Positions 18,345 through 27,336 of a stretch of DNA of 37,977 bases are shown piece by piece (position 1 is the stretch's first letter; the number at the start of each line of letters is the position of its first letter). Origin of the DNA: Actinomycetota bacterium. GTDB taxonomy: Bacteria; Actinomycetota; Actinomycetes; S36-B12. The stretch covers positions 1 through 37,977 of the forward strand of contig NSHP01000001.1 in the NCBI GenBank assembly GCA_002737125.1. Reading direction: 5' to 3'. Below the pieces are notes generated by a model. That model saw only the letters and a program-made list of their open reading frames with translations, was not told the DNA's origin and searched no databases. The position numbers and the translations under genes are program-made.

Positions 18345-19482
18345 CGGCAAAGGCGGCGTCGGGAAATCAACCCTTGCGGCCGCGACCGCCGTTCAACTAG
18401 CCGATACTGGCCGCCGTGTGCACTTGGTATCAACCGACCCTGCACACTCATGTGGTGATGTACTTGGCATCGCCATGCAGCCGGGTACCTCAAATGTAGT
18501 TAATGAACGACTTTCCGTGACCATTTTGGACGCGCACATCCAGCGCACGCGGTCATGGCTCTCATTGCAAGCCATTGCGGTTGAGTTGCTGACGGAAGCC
18601 GGAGTTGATCCAATTCACGCGGCGGAATTAACGGTGCTACCGGGTATTGACGAACTACTTTCGCTTCTTGCCGTGACCGAATTACTTGATGACCCAGAAA
18701 TTGACATTGTTGTAGTAGACGGCGGCCCAACGGCCGAAACCGCGAGACTTTTGGCGCTGCCCGAAGCTTTAGAGCAGGTACTGGCAGCTATAATGAAACC
18801 GGCGTTCGCGGTCGCAAGAGCAGCGCGCGGTCCCATCAATGCAGAGGCTACGGTGCTTACCGCGCTCCAAGAGTTAGCCGCTGATTTACGTAGAGTCAAG
18901 CAGGCGCTTTCTGGTAGCGGCAGCGTGGTGCGCCTTGTTGCGACACCCGAGAAAGTTGTATTGGCTGAGACGCGGCGACATCTTGCCACTTTGACACTGC
19001 TCGGTCACCACGTAGATGCGATCTTTGTGAATAGGTACCCGGCAAGCAGTGACAACTGGCCACGTAAATGGGCGCAGAAGCAACGTAAGCGGGTTCGCAC
19101 TTTGCGCGCCGACATCACCAAGACGCCGATCATCACCGTGCCGTTTAAGACCGCAGAGCCGATTGGTAAGTCCGGGCTGCGGAGTCTTCCAGTATCAACT
19201 AGGCGCAAGCCTGCCGATACGTTGTTCACCAGTCGGGTGCCGGGTGGGGTGGTGCCAACAGTTGCGGGCTATGAGTGGCGGATCCCGCTATTGGATCCGG
19301 CCGATCAGGAGATAAAAGTTGGCCGGCTTGGTGACAACGCAATCATTGTTGTTGGCTCGACCCGGCGGGTACTGGCACTCCCGCCGGTGTTGTGCCGGTG
19401 TGTTATGCAAGGTGCGGTAGTGCGTGCTCAGCAGATTGTGATTGCATTCGAACCCGATGAGTCACTGTGGCGGCAATCATGA
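18313..19482 (+). CDS. ArsA/Get3-family P-loop ATPase-like protein (Rv2184c-like)
   Basis: Deviant Walker A FSGKGGVGKST near the N-terminus and STDPAHS downstream. GTG start overlaps the preceding gene by 32 nt. Confidence 0.8.
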   Translation: MSSQVRLVLFSGKGGVGKSTLAAATAVQLADTGRRVHLVSTDPAHSCGDVLGIAMQPGTSNVVNERLSVTILDAHIQRTRSWLSLQAIAVELLTEAGVDPIHAAELTVLPGIDELLSLLAVTELLDDPEIDIVVVDGGPTAETARLLALPEALEQVLAAIMKPAFAVARAARGPINAEATVLTALQELAADLRRVKQALSGSGSVVRLVATPEKVVLAETRRHLATLTLLGHHVDAIFVNRYPASSDNWPRKWAQKQRKRVRTLRADITKTPIITVPFKTAEPIGKSGLRSLPVSTRRKPADTLFTSRVPGGVVPTVAGYEWRIPLLDPADQEIKVGRLGDNAIIVVGSTRRVLALPPVLCRCVMQGAVVRAQQIVIAFEPDESLWRQS

Positions 19483-19793
19483 GTGATGAGCAGCGGTCCT
19501 TTGACCCAAGTGCGATTGCGGGCGGCCTGCATCAACTGTTCACTTGGGCCGCCCAAACAGTGGTTGGCCCGCACAACGAACACGAAAATGTAGATGAGCA
19601 CCCCGAGTGCTTGGTGTGTCGAGGCATGGGTGCGATGCGAGCACTTGGCCTAGATGCGCTGGTGAACCAAGCGGCAAACAGCGGTGCCACTGAATGGGAT
19701 CTAGACACTTCGGTGAATTTAAAAAACCATGAAACTTTTGTTGGCAACGACGAAGACGTCACTTGGGTTCGAGTAAAACGTGAAGACCCCTAG
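19479..19793 (+). CDS. Conserved hypothetical protein (Rv2183c-like by position), contains CLVC
   Basis: ATG 19479 forms an ATGA overlap with the ArsA-like stop. 104 aa, acidic. Confidence 0.55.
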   Translation: MSDEQRSFDPSAIAGGLHQLFTWAAQTVVGPHNEHENVDEHPECLVCRGMGAMRALGLDALVNQAANSGATEWDLDTSVNLKNHETFVGNDEDVTWVRVKREDP

Positions 19794-19802
19794 GCGGAAG
19801 AT

Positions 19803-20757
19803 ATGACTTTCAGTATTGGCGTTGATGTTGGCGGAACTAAAATCTTGGCGGGCTTGGTAGACGAGTCCGGTGCAATTGTCACCACGGCGCGACGTGAGTC
19901 ACCGCGCAATGATGCGAATAAGGCTCTTGCTGTGGTCGCCGAGGTAGTAGCCGAACTAAGTGTGCCGTACCCCGGGGCGGTGGTCGGCGTTGGCCTGGGG
20001 TCGCAGGCCCGGTGGATTCGGCAAGGTCCACGGTTTTCTTCGCCCCGAATCTTGGTTGGTCGAATGTTCCGGCACGGGCCTTACTGGAGGAAGTTGTTGG
20101 TCTCCCGGTTGTGGTCGAAATGACGGCAATGCGGCCGCCTGGGGCGAGTTCAATTTTGGCGCTGGGGCAGATGTTGAAGACTTAACCATGGTGACAGTAG
20201 GCACGGGCATCGGCGGCATCATCATCATCGATGGGGTGTTGTTGCGCGGTGCACATGGTGCGGCCGGTGAGATTGGCCATATGAACGCGATCCCGGACGG
20301 ATTACCGTGTGCCTGCGGTCGTAATGGGTGCTGGGAGCAATATGCGAGCGGTAACGCGCTCGTGCGCGATGCCAGAGCTCTTGCAGCAAGTAGACCCGGT
20401 GAAGCTGGCCTCTTGTTATCACTCGGCGATGGCACTCCGGAGGGGGTTCAGGGTGTGCACTCGGCCAAAGCTTGCGAACTTGGGGATCTTGTTGCCATCG
20501 AAGCTTTCAGGGGGGTTGGTACTTGGCTCGGCCGGGGGTTGGCCGATTTAGCCGCGATTTTGGACCCAACGGCGTTTGTTATTGGCGGTGGGGTTTCCGA
20601 AGCCGGTGACTTCTTGCTCACGAGCGCCCGTCAGACTTTGTCGGACAAAATGAGCGGCAAGAGGCAACGCCCGACACCGGAGCTCCCCTTGGCCAAGCTA
20701 GGTAACAACGCCGGACTCATCGGCGCGGCCGACTTGGCGCGTACTAATTCGCAGTAG
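19803..20757 (+). pseudogene. glk: ROK-family glucokinase (GlkA-like) carrying two -1 frameshifts in homopolymer runs
   Basis: The N-terminus MTFSIGVDVGGTKILAGLVD...VVGVGLG is in frame 0. VAGPVDSARSTVFFAPNLGWSNVPARALLEEVVGLPVVVE is in frame 2 (from ~20000). NDGNAAAWGEF...GTGIGGIIII...GEIGHM...CACGRNGCWEQYASG...GGGVSEAGD...NNAGLIGAADLAR is in frame 1 (from ~20119). The breaks are at G-run 19997-20000 and A-run 20118-20120. Confidence 0.85.
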
Positions 20758-21256
20758 CTCCGTGGTCGTTGAAGTAGAAGGCGATCTTTGAGCCCGCGCT
20801 GGTAAAACCTGAGTGGATTGATTCACCGGACACCCCCGTGCACTTTCCGGCACCACCGGTAATGGCGAAAGTTTGGGTTTCACTTGGTGGCACGCCGGGT
20901 GTCGCGACGATTAAAGATTTAGCGTAAATCACGCCGCCCGGCGCGGTTATGATCAAACTTACATCGCGATTTTCTTGGCCCCCGGGTAACCCAGCGCGCA
21001 CTGTGATCTGGCTGGTCGTGTAAAAACCGATCGCGGACCCGGAAGGCTTACGCGACAGATCGCCAGTTGAGATTGAGATATCGCCGACATTTGATCCGGT
21101 TGATCCAAGGTCAATTACGGTGCGAGTTGGTTAACCGAGGTACCAAATCAGATCGGCTTTAGCGGCCGCGGCTCCCGGCGCGAAAACCAATACGAGAGCC
21201 GCGATCGAGGCAACACAACTAGCGACACGGCGCGAATTAGAACCAAGAATTTTCAT
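20744..21256 (-). pseudogene. Secreted hypothetical protein (dirigent/allene-oxide-cyclase-barrel-like pattern) interrupted by an in-frame TAA
   Basis: ATG 21256 gives the signal peptide MKILGSNSRRVASCVASIAALVLVFAPGAAAA. A TAA at 21133-21131 is followed, in the same frame with no start codon for ~130 nt, by PTRTVIDLGSTGSNVGDISISTGDLSRKPSGSAIGFYTTSQITVRAG...FAITGGAGKCTGVSGE... The family assignment is tentative. Confidence 0.55.
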
Positions 21257-21278
21257 ACTGGGAGTGTAACAAGTCGGG

Positions 21279-21692
21279 CTAGACAACGGCACCATCATCT
21301 CGCTCGCCATCGCTGACTTCACGCTCGCGCTTGCGGGCGACAAGGGTGATAAAGCCGGCGATCGAGGCAACGAGCGCCAGCGTGGTCAAAAAGCTCCCGA
21401 GCCCCAGGACATAAACGAGTACCAAGAAAATTGGCCCGCCGATAGCGCCAGCCCAAGCGAATCGACCGATGGTGTCGGGCATCGGGATAGGGGGTGGTTC
21501 CGGTGGCTCGAAGTGGCCCTCAGATAACAGTTCTTCAATAAATGGGTCTGGTACTTCGGGCGCTATTTGCCTATTGAGGTCGCCAATTTCCATGCGCATG
21601 TCACCGGATAGATCTGCGACGATGGCTTCCCAAGCGCCATCTTGAGCCGGATCATTTTGTTCAGGTGATGGTTCAGGAGGTGGTGATGTCAT
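21279..21692 (-). CDS. Hypothetical membrane protein (acidic, Pro-rich N-terminus, two C-terminal TM helices)
   Basis: 137 aa. The start shares 1 nt with the stop of the upstream hydrolase gene. TM segments are FAWAGAIGGPIFLVLVYVLGLG and LTTLALVASIAGFITLV. Confidence 0.6.
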   Translation of the reverse strand: MTSPPPEPSPEQNDPAQDGAWEAIVADLSGDMRMEIGDLNRQIAPEVPDPFIEELLSEGHFEPPEPPPIPMPDTIGRFAWAGAIGGPIFLVLVYVLGLGSFLTTLALVASIAGFITLVARKREREVSDGERDDGAVV

Positions 21693-22450
21693 CAGCTTGC
21701 GGTGACGCGCCGGACAAAGTCGATGCTGCCGCTTTCTATTACATCGGCCTCATAGTCAATGGTGGCAACATGAAATGACCGGGTTAGTAGGACATCGGTC
21801 TTATCAGCGGATCGAGCGTTAGCCAAAATCCAAGCCGTGTTAGATGGTTCGACCACGTGATCTTGTGCGCTATGGAAAATCAGCAGCGGCTGGGTAACTT
21901 TGGCAATATCGGCCTTAACCGCTGACCAGAGTTTGGTCAGTGAATAAGCAGCCTTAAGTGGCATTCGATCGTAGGCACCTTCATCGACGCCGGGTTTTGC
22001 AATGTCATTTGAAACCCCGGGGAAGGACGGTATGAAGCGGGAGATGAGCGGTAGCAGATGACGGTCAGCGCGTTCTGAATGTACTGCTGGGTTGACCAGG
22101 ACTATGCCAGCGATGGCGGGGCCGTGCTGCTCGGCAATTCGCAGGCTCAAGGAGCCGCCCATCGAAAGGCCCATGATGAAGACTTGATCGTGATGGGCTT
22201 TGAGTTCGCAGACAGTGCGGTCGGCCTCTGCGTACCAGTCTTCCCAAGTGGTGATGTTCATGTCCTGCCAGCGGGTCCCGTGACCGGGGAGCCGCGGAAC
22301 TCGCACCGTCCAGCCGGCCGCGGCTAGGGCGCGCCCCCAGGGGGTAACCGATTTTGGGGATCCGGTGAATCCATGGAGGACGCAAATGGCCACCGAATTT
22401 GACTCGGGCCCATCGGCTGCGAACGGTTCTGCATCTGGCATCAGGGGCAT
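21692..22450 (-). CDS. Alpha/beta hydrolase (carboxylesterase / monoacylglycerol-lipase-like)
   Basis: LHGFTGSP, nucleophile elbow GLSMGG, and a C-terminal His region. ATG 22450 (MPLMPDAEPF) is preferred over 22495, which would overlap the divergent plsC. Confidence 0.85.
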   Translation of the reverse strand: MPLMPDAEPFAADGPESNSVAICVLHGFTGSPKSVTPWGRALAAAGWTVRVPRLPGHGTRWQDMNITTWEDWYAEADRTVCELKAHHDQVFIMGLSMGGSLSLRIAEQHGPAIAGIVLVNPAVHSERADRHLLPLISRFIPSFPGVSNDIAKPGVDEGAYDRMPLKAAYSLTKLWSAVKADIAKVTQPLLIFHSAQDHVVEPSNTAWILANARSADKTDVLLTRSFHVATIDYEADVIESGSIDFVRRVTAS

Positions 22451-22504
22451 AGCCACTAGTCTGCCACCACGGAGTTGGAATATTCGCGCGGCCAAGGAGA
22501 TCAG

Positions 22505-23245
22505 GTGCTCTACTGGGTACTTAAGAATTTAGTGATCGGCCCGTGGCTGCGCGTCCTATTTCGCCCGTGGGTTGAGGGCCGCGAAAACCTTCCCGATCGC
22601 GGTGCTGCCATGCTCGCCAGTAATCACCTGTCATTTTCGGATTCCTTCTTCTTGGCTGTTGTGCTAAACCGCCCCCTTACCTACCTTGCGAAAAGTGACT
22701 ACTTCACGGGTCGAGGGTTAAAGGGCTATTTCACCAAACTTTTCTTCAACGGCGTAGGGCAAGTGCCGGTTGACCGCTCCGGCGGGCGTAGTGCCGAATC
22801 AGTAGTCCAAACCGCAACCCGACTACTTGGTGACGGAGCGCTGCTCGGTATTTACCCTGAAGGCACCCGCTCGCCTAATGGCACTTTGTATCGCGGGCGC
22901 ACCGGAGCGGCGCGAATGGCACTTGAAGCGAAAGTGCCTATCGTTCCCGTAGCAATGATCAACACCTATGAGATTCAACCGCCCGGAGTAATCAAACCGC
23001 GACTTCGTCGAGTTGGTATTCGCGTAGGCAAACCACTTACTTTTGATCGGTACGAGGGCCTTGAGGACGACCGGTTCATCCTGCGCTCGGTTACCGATGA
23101 AGTTATGTATGAGCTGATGACGCTATCTGGGCAGGAGTACGTCGACATGTATGCGACTCGGGCCAAGGAACTAATTGCTACGGGTGATCCGGCTGATTCG
23201 CAGTCTCTGGTCGCCTCGCAGTCAGTTGCTGATTCTGGCGCCTAG
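22505..23245 (+). CDS. plsC: 1-acyl-sn-glycerol-3-phosphate acyltransferase family protein (Rv2182c-like)
   Basis: HX4D box (SNHLSFSDS) and IYPEGTRS. GTG 22505 lies 5 nt after AAGGAG (22494-22499). Confidence 0.85.
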   Translation: MLYWVLKNLVIGPWLRVLFRPWVEGRENLPDRGAAMLASNHLSFSDSFFLAVVLNRPLTYLAKSDYFTGRGLKGYFTKLFFNGVGQVPVDRSGGRSAESVVQTATRLLGDGALLGIYPEGTRSPNGTLYRGRTGAARMALEAKVPIVPVAMINTYEIQPPGVIKPRLRRVGIRVGKPLTFDRYEGLEDDRFILRSVTDEVMYELMTLSGQEYVDMYATRAKELIATGDPADSQSLVASQSVADSGA

Positions 23246-24735
23246 TTGCTGGCCCAATTCATACTTCGTTTCACGGCATCACGCCACCTCTCGTGGCCTT
23301 CTGGGCTTACTTCACCCGGTACGAAAATCCCCGAACTACGGCGGGTGTTAATTAGTTCGTCAGTTGAATCCCATACCCCGGTACCTAGCCCAGCCAAGAA
23401 TGCGGCACCGAGTCCGGTGGTCTGTAATTGCGCCGACCGGTCGACGGGGATGCCGAGGGTGTCGGCCTGTATTTGGCAAAGCAAATCATTGGCGGCAGCC
23501 CCACCGTCGACCGCCAACACGCTTAGATCCACCCCACCTTCGGTTCGCATGAGCTCGACTAGGTCAACAACTTCGTAGGCGATCGCATCCAGAGTGGCTC
23601 TGGCAATATGGGCCTTTGTAGTAGCGCGGGTGATGCCGATGATTAGCCCGCGCGCCGATGGATCCCAGTCGGGTGCTCCAAGGCCGGTAAGTGCCGGCAC
23701 AAAAACAACGCCACCAGCATCGGGGACACTTCGTGCGAGGGCTTCAACCTCGGCTGCGCTGTCAATGATCCCTAGCCCATCGCGGAGCCATTGCACGGCC
23801 GCACCGGTGACAAATACCGAGCCCTCGAGTGCGAAGTCGCGTCGACCGTCTAAATGTTGCAAGGCAACTGTCGTAAGCAGGCCCCGCGTTGACGCAACAG
23901 GCTTGGCGCCGGTGTGAACGAGTAAGAACGAGCCGGTTCCGTAGGTACATTTGGCCGCTCCGGGGGTGAATCCGGATTGTCCAACAAGGGCGGCCTGTTG
24001 GTCACCGGCAATCCCAGCGATCGGAGCGCAGATGCCGAGGAAGCTTGCAGCATCACTACTGTCGATCACGCCATATGAGGAGACGATCTCGGGGAGGGCG
24101 TCGATTGGCACCCCGAAAAGATCACAAAGCCACCGGTCCCAAGTTCCGGTTTTGAGGTCGTACAACAGAGTGCGGGAGGCGTTGGTGGCATCGGTAACGT
24201 GTTGGAGGCCACGTGTGATCCGCGCGATTAGATAAGAATCGATAGTGCCGATCGCTACCCGGCCACTAATTACCTGGGCCCACGTTTGCTGATCATTTTC
24301 GCGCACCCAAGCGAGTTTGGTGGCCGAGAAATATGGGTCTAGGCGGAGCCCGGTCAATTCGGTGACTTTGGGTTCGTGGCCGGCGCGGCGAAGTTGCTCG
24401 CACAGTTCGGCGGTTCGACGGTCCTGCCAAACAATTGCTCGGCGCGCCGCACCCAAGGTCTCACGGTCCCAAAAGCAGATGGTCTCGCGCTGATTGGTAA
24501 TACCGATTGCGCCGATGGTCAGGTCGGTTTTCGCTAGGGCCGCCCGGGTGGCGGTCAAGGTGGCCGACCAGATTTCACCGAGGTCATGCTCAACTTGGCC
24601 ATCGGCCGGGAAGTACTGCGGGAATTCCGAATACCCCTGGGCCACAATTTGTCCGGCGGTTGATACCACGAGCGCGGTAACACCGGTGGTGCCGGCATCG
24701 ATAGCCAAGATGCCTTGGTTGAACAAGTTGTGCAC
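23242..24735 (-). CDS. glpK: Glycerol kinase
   Basis: FGGY/GlpK motifs: ILAIDAGTTG, GITNQRET, IVWQDRRT, LDPYFSATK, GDQQAALVGQ, CTYGTGSF, VDGGAAAN. GTG 24735 lies 8 nt after AAGG and gives a typical 497-aa length. The track's start at 24816 is probably too long. Confidence 0.92.
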   Translation of the reverse strand: MHNLFNQGILAIDAGTTGVTALVVSTAGQIVAQGYSEFPQYFPADGQVEHDLGEIWSATLTATRAALAKTDLTIGAIGITNQRETICFWDRETLGAARRAIVWQDRRTAELCEQLRRAGHEPKVTELTGLRLDPYFSATKLAWVRENDQQTWAQVISGRVAIGTIDSYLIARITRGLQHVTDATNASRTLLYDLKTGTWDRWLCDLFGVPIDALPEIVSSYGVIDSSDAASFLGICAPIAGIAGDQQAALVGQSGFTPGAAKCTYGTGSFLLVHTGAKPVASTRGLLTTVALQHLDGRRDFALEGSVFVTGAAVQWLRDGLGIIDSAAEVEALARSVPDAGGVVFVPALTGLGAPDWDPSARGLIIGITRATTKAHIARATLDAIAYEVVDLVELMRTEGGVDLSVLAVDGGAAANDLLCQIQADTLGIPVDRSAQLQTTGLGAAFLAGLGTGVWDSTDELINTRRSSGIFVPGEVSPEGHERWRDAVKRSMNWASN

Positions 24736-24911
24736 GCTGAGCACCTTAGTCGGAGCTGGGTGCCTCACGTGATTCGCTTGGCTCCGGTACCCTTGGACCT
24801 GTAGAGCCGCGACCACATAAGACCCGGTTCAGGCCTGCTAACTGGTCGGCATCGGACCTTGCTAGCGTTTACATCTAGCGCGAATAACGGCTTGGGAATG
24901 GGGCGAGGATC

Positions 24912-25937
24912 ATGCGAATTGGGGTCTTGACCGGCGGCGGGGACTGCCCAGGGCTAAATGCAGTTATCCGCGCAATCGTGCGGCGCGGAGTTGGTGATTA
25001 CGGCTTTTCATTCCTAGGTTTTCGTGATGGCTGGAAAGGCCCACTCGAAGGTGTCACGATGCCTTTGGATATCGCGGCAGTTCGTGGCATTTTGCCGCGC
25101 GGTGGCACCATCATTGGATCATCGCGTACGAACCCACTAATAGTGGATGGTGGAATCGAAGCCATTGAGAAGAATCTAAACGACCTCGGTATCGACGCGC
25201 TGATCGCAATTGGCGGTGAAGACACCCTAGGGGTGGCAACGGTACTCAACGAGCACGGCATTTCGGTAATTGGCGTCCCAAAGACAATTGACAATGATTT
25301 AAGTGGTACCGATTACACCTTTGGCTTCGATACGGCCGTGACGATCGCGACCGAGGCAATTGACCGCTTACACACGACTGCCGAGTCGCACCATCGGGTG
25401 CTGATATGCGAGGTGATGGGCCGGCACGCTGGCTGGATCGCACTGCACTCGGGCATGGCCGGGGGCGCCAACGGCATATTAATTCCTGAAGTGCCATTTG
25501 AGCTAAATGAAGTAATGGGGTGGGTTGAATCAAGATTTCGATCGCACTACTCACCAATCTTGGTCGTTTCGGAAGGTGCATTACCCAAGGAAGGTGATCT
25601 AATCACCAAAGATGCCACCCTTGACTCATTTGGTCACGTCAAACTCTCGGGGATAGGCGAATGGCTGGCGGGCCAGATTGAGCATCGCACGGGCAAGGAA
25701 GCCCGCACGACGGTGCTCGGCCACGTGCAACGCGGCGGTACCCCGACGGCATTCGACCGGGTGTTGGCAACCCGATTTGGGCTTAATGCCATCAGGGCGG
25801 TTAAGGATAAGGATTGGGGAAAGATGGTCGCTTTACAGGGAACCGACATTGTTCGAGTGCCCCTAGCAGCGGCTACCGGGGTCTTGAAAACTGTGCCTTT
25901 GGCCCGATATGTTGAGGCGTCGGCTTTCTTCGGCTGA
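24912..25937 (+). CDS. pfkA: 6-phosphofructokinase
   Basis: MRIGVLTGGGDCPGLNAVIRA, IGGEDTLG, PKTIDNDL, MGRHAGWIAL. GAGGA SD upstream. Confidence 0.95.
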   Translation: MRIGVLTGGGDCPGLNAVIRAIVRRGVGDYGFSFLGFRDGWKGPLEGVTMPLDIAAVRGILPRGGTIIGSSRTNPLIVDGGIEAIEKNLNDLGIDALIAIGGEDTLGVATVLNEHGISVIGVPKTIDNDLSGTDYTFGFDTAVTIATEAIDRLHTTAESHHRVLICEVMGRHAGWIALHSGMAGGANGILIPEVPFELNEVMGWVESRFRSHYSPILVVSEGALPKEGDLITKDATLDSFGHVKLSGIGEWLAGQIEHRTGKEARTTVLGHVQRGGTPTAFDRVLATRFGLNAIRAVKDKDWGKMVALQGTDIVRVPLAAATGVLKTVPLARYVEASAFFG

Positions 25938-27319
25938 TGCTGCTCTACCCTTGGGTCATGCCAGCATCTACTTCCCCCTCTCAGGTGCAAAAGGGGCGGG
26001 TGATTGAGTGGCCCGAATTACCGGCACATCAGCAGCCCCCATGGCCTGATTCAGATGAACTTGCCAGAGCGGTAGCCGAACTTCGCACGCTCCCACCGCT
26101 GGTATTCGCCGGCGAATGCGATATTTTGCTGGAGCGTTTGGCATCGGCATCACGTGGTGAAGCATTTGTCTTGATGGGGGGCGATTGCGCCGAGACTTTC
26201 GAAGCAAATACCGCCGATTCGATTCGTGCGCGCCTTCAAACGGTGCTTCAGATGTCAGTTGTTCTGACTTATGCCGCCTCACTGCCGGTGATTAAAGTCG
26301 GTCGTCTTGCTGGGCAGTACTTCAAACCCCGGAGCAAATTGATCGAGTTACGCGATGGCATTGAGTTAACTTCCTACCTTGGCGATGCGGTGAACTCAAT
26401 GGAGTTCACCGAGCAAGCTCGTCGCCCAGATGCGCAGCGACTACTTAGGGCCTACAACGCATCCAGTGCGGCACTAAACCTTGTGCGTGCATTCACTCAG
26501 GGTGGCTACGCAGATCTACGCCAAGTACATGCCTGGAATCAAGATTTCGTCCGCGACTCAACGGCGGGTCAGCGATACGAAAACTTGGCCGCCGAAATTG
26601 ACCGGGCGCTTTCTTTCATGCAAGCATGCGGTGCAAATCCTGATGAGTTCAAGCGCGTCGAGTTCTTTGCTGCGCATGAAGCGCTATCAATTGACTACGA
26701 ACGTGCCATGACGCGCATTGATTCGCGCACGGGCCTGCCCTATGACGTCTCGGGCCACTTCCTGTGGATCGGTGAACGAACCCGGCAACTCGATGCTGCA
26801 CATGTGCAATTCGCGTCGGTGATTCGTAATCCGGTTGGAGTTAAAGTCGGTCCTACTGCATCAGCGGACGACATAGTTGAGATCGCCGAACGGCTTAACT
26901 CTGATCGCATACCGGGGCGGATCACCCTGATAACCCGAATGGGAGCCGGCCGGGTGCACGACGTATTGCCCGGTATCGTGCAAAAAGTAGACGCCAGTGG
27001 AGTCCCGGTGGTGTGGATCTGCGATCCAATGCACGGAAATACCAGAGAAGCATCAACCGGGCATAAGACGAGAGTCTTCGATGACATCATCAACGAGGTT
27101 AAAGGTTTCTTCGAGGTCCATCGAGATCTCGGTACTTTCCCCGGCGGGATTCATATTGAATTGACCGGTGATGATGTCACCGAATGCGTTGGCGGCACGG
27201 GCGGAGTGCTTGAGGGGAACCTGGGCGATCGTTATGAGACCGCTTGCGATCCGCGATTGAATCGGGAGCAAAGCCTAGAACTGGCATTCTTGGTCGCCGA
27301 CATGTTGATTAGCCAATAA
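25937..27319 (+). CDS. aroG: Class II 3-deoxy-7-phosphoheptulonate (DAHP) synthase
   Basis: ~460 aa with class II (plant/actinobacterial type) signatures: GGDCAE(T)F, KPRS, WIGERTRQLD, DPMHGNT. The start may be 25958 instead. Confidence 0.93.
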   Translation: MLLYPWVMPASTSPSQVQKGRVIEWPELPAHQQPPWPDSDELARAVAELRTLPPLVFAGECDILLERLASASRGEAFVLMGGDCAETFEANTADSIRARLQTVLQMSVVLTYAASLPVIKVGRLAGQYFKPRSKLIELRDGIELTSYLGDAVNSMEFTEQARRPDAQRLLRAYNASSAALNLVRAFTQGGYADLRQVHAWNQDFVRDSTAGQRYENLAAEIDRALSFMQACGANPDEFKRVEFFAAHEALSIDYERAMTRIDSRTGLPYDVSGHFLWIGERTRQLDAAHVQFASVIRNPVGVKVGPTASADDIVEIAERLNSDRIPGRITLITRMGAGRVHDVLPGIVQKVDASGVPVVWICDPMHGNTREASTGHKTRVFDDIINEVKGFFEVHRDLGTFPGGIHIELTGDDVTECVGGTGGVLEGNLGDRYETACDPRLNREQSLELAFLVADMLISQ

Positions 27320-27336
27320 CTTAAGATCGTTTTGCA

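Noticed and set aside
4764-21133. Possibility that the in-frame TAG/TAA codons reflect stop-codon reassignment or programmed read-through
   Set aside because: - TAG and TAA both terminate many intact genes here at the expected C-termini (ctaE TAG, qcrB TAA, exonuclease TAG, RipC-like TAG, SRPBCC TAG).
- The four internal stops share no sequence context.
- The same loci or their neighbours also carry frameshifts or deletions.
- Ordinary pseudogenisation is the simpler explanation.
24736-24911. glpK/pfkA divergent intergenic region, checked for a structured RNA or operator (contains CTAGCG-N7-CTAGCG)
   Set aside because: There is only a 6-nt direct repeat and no extended pairing or known motif, which is within chance expectation.
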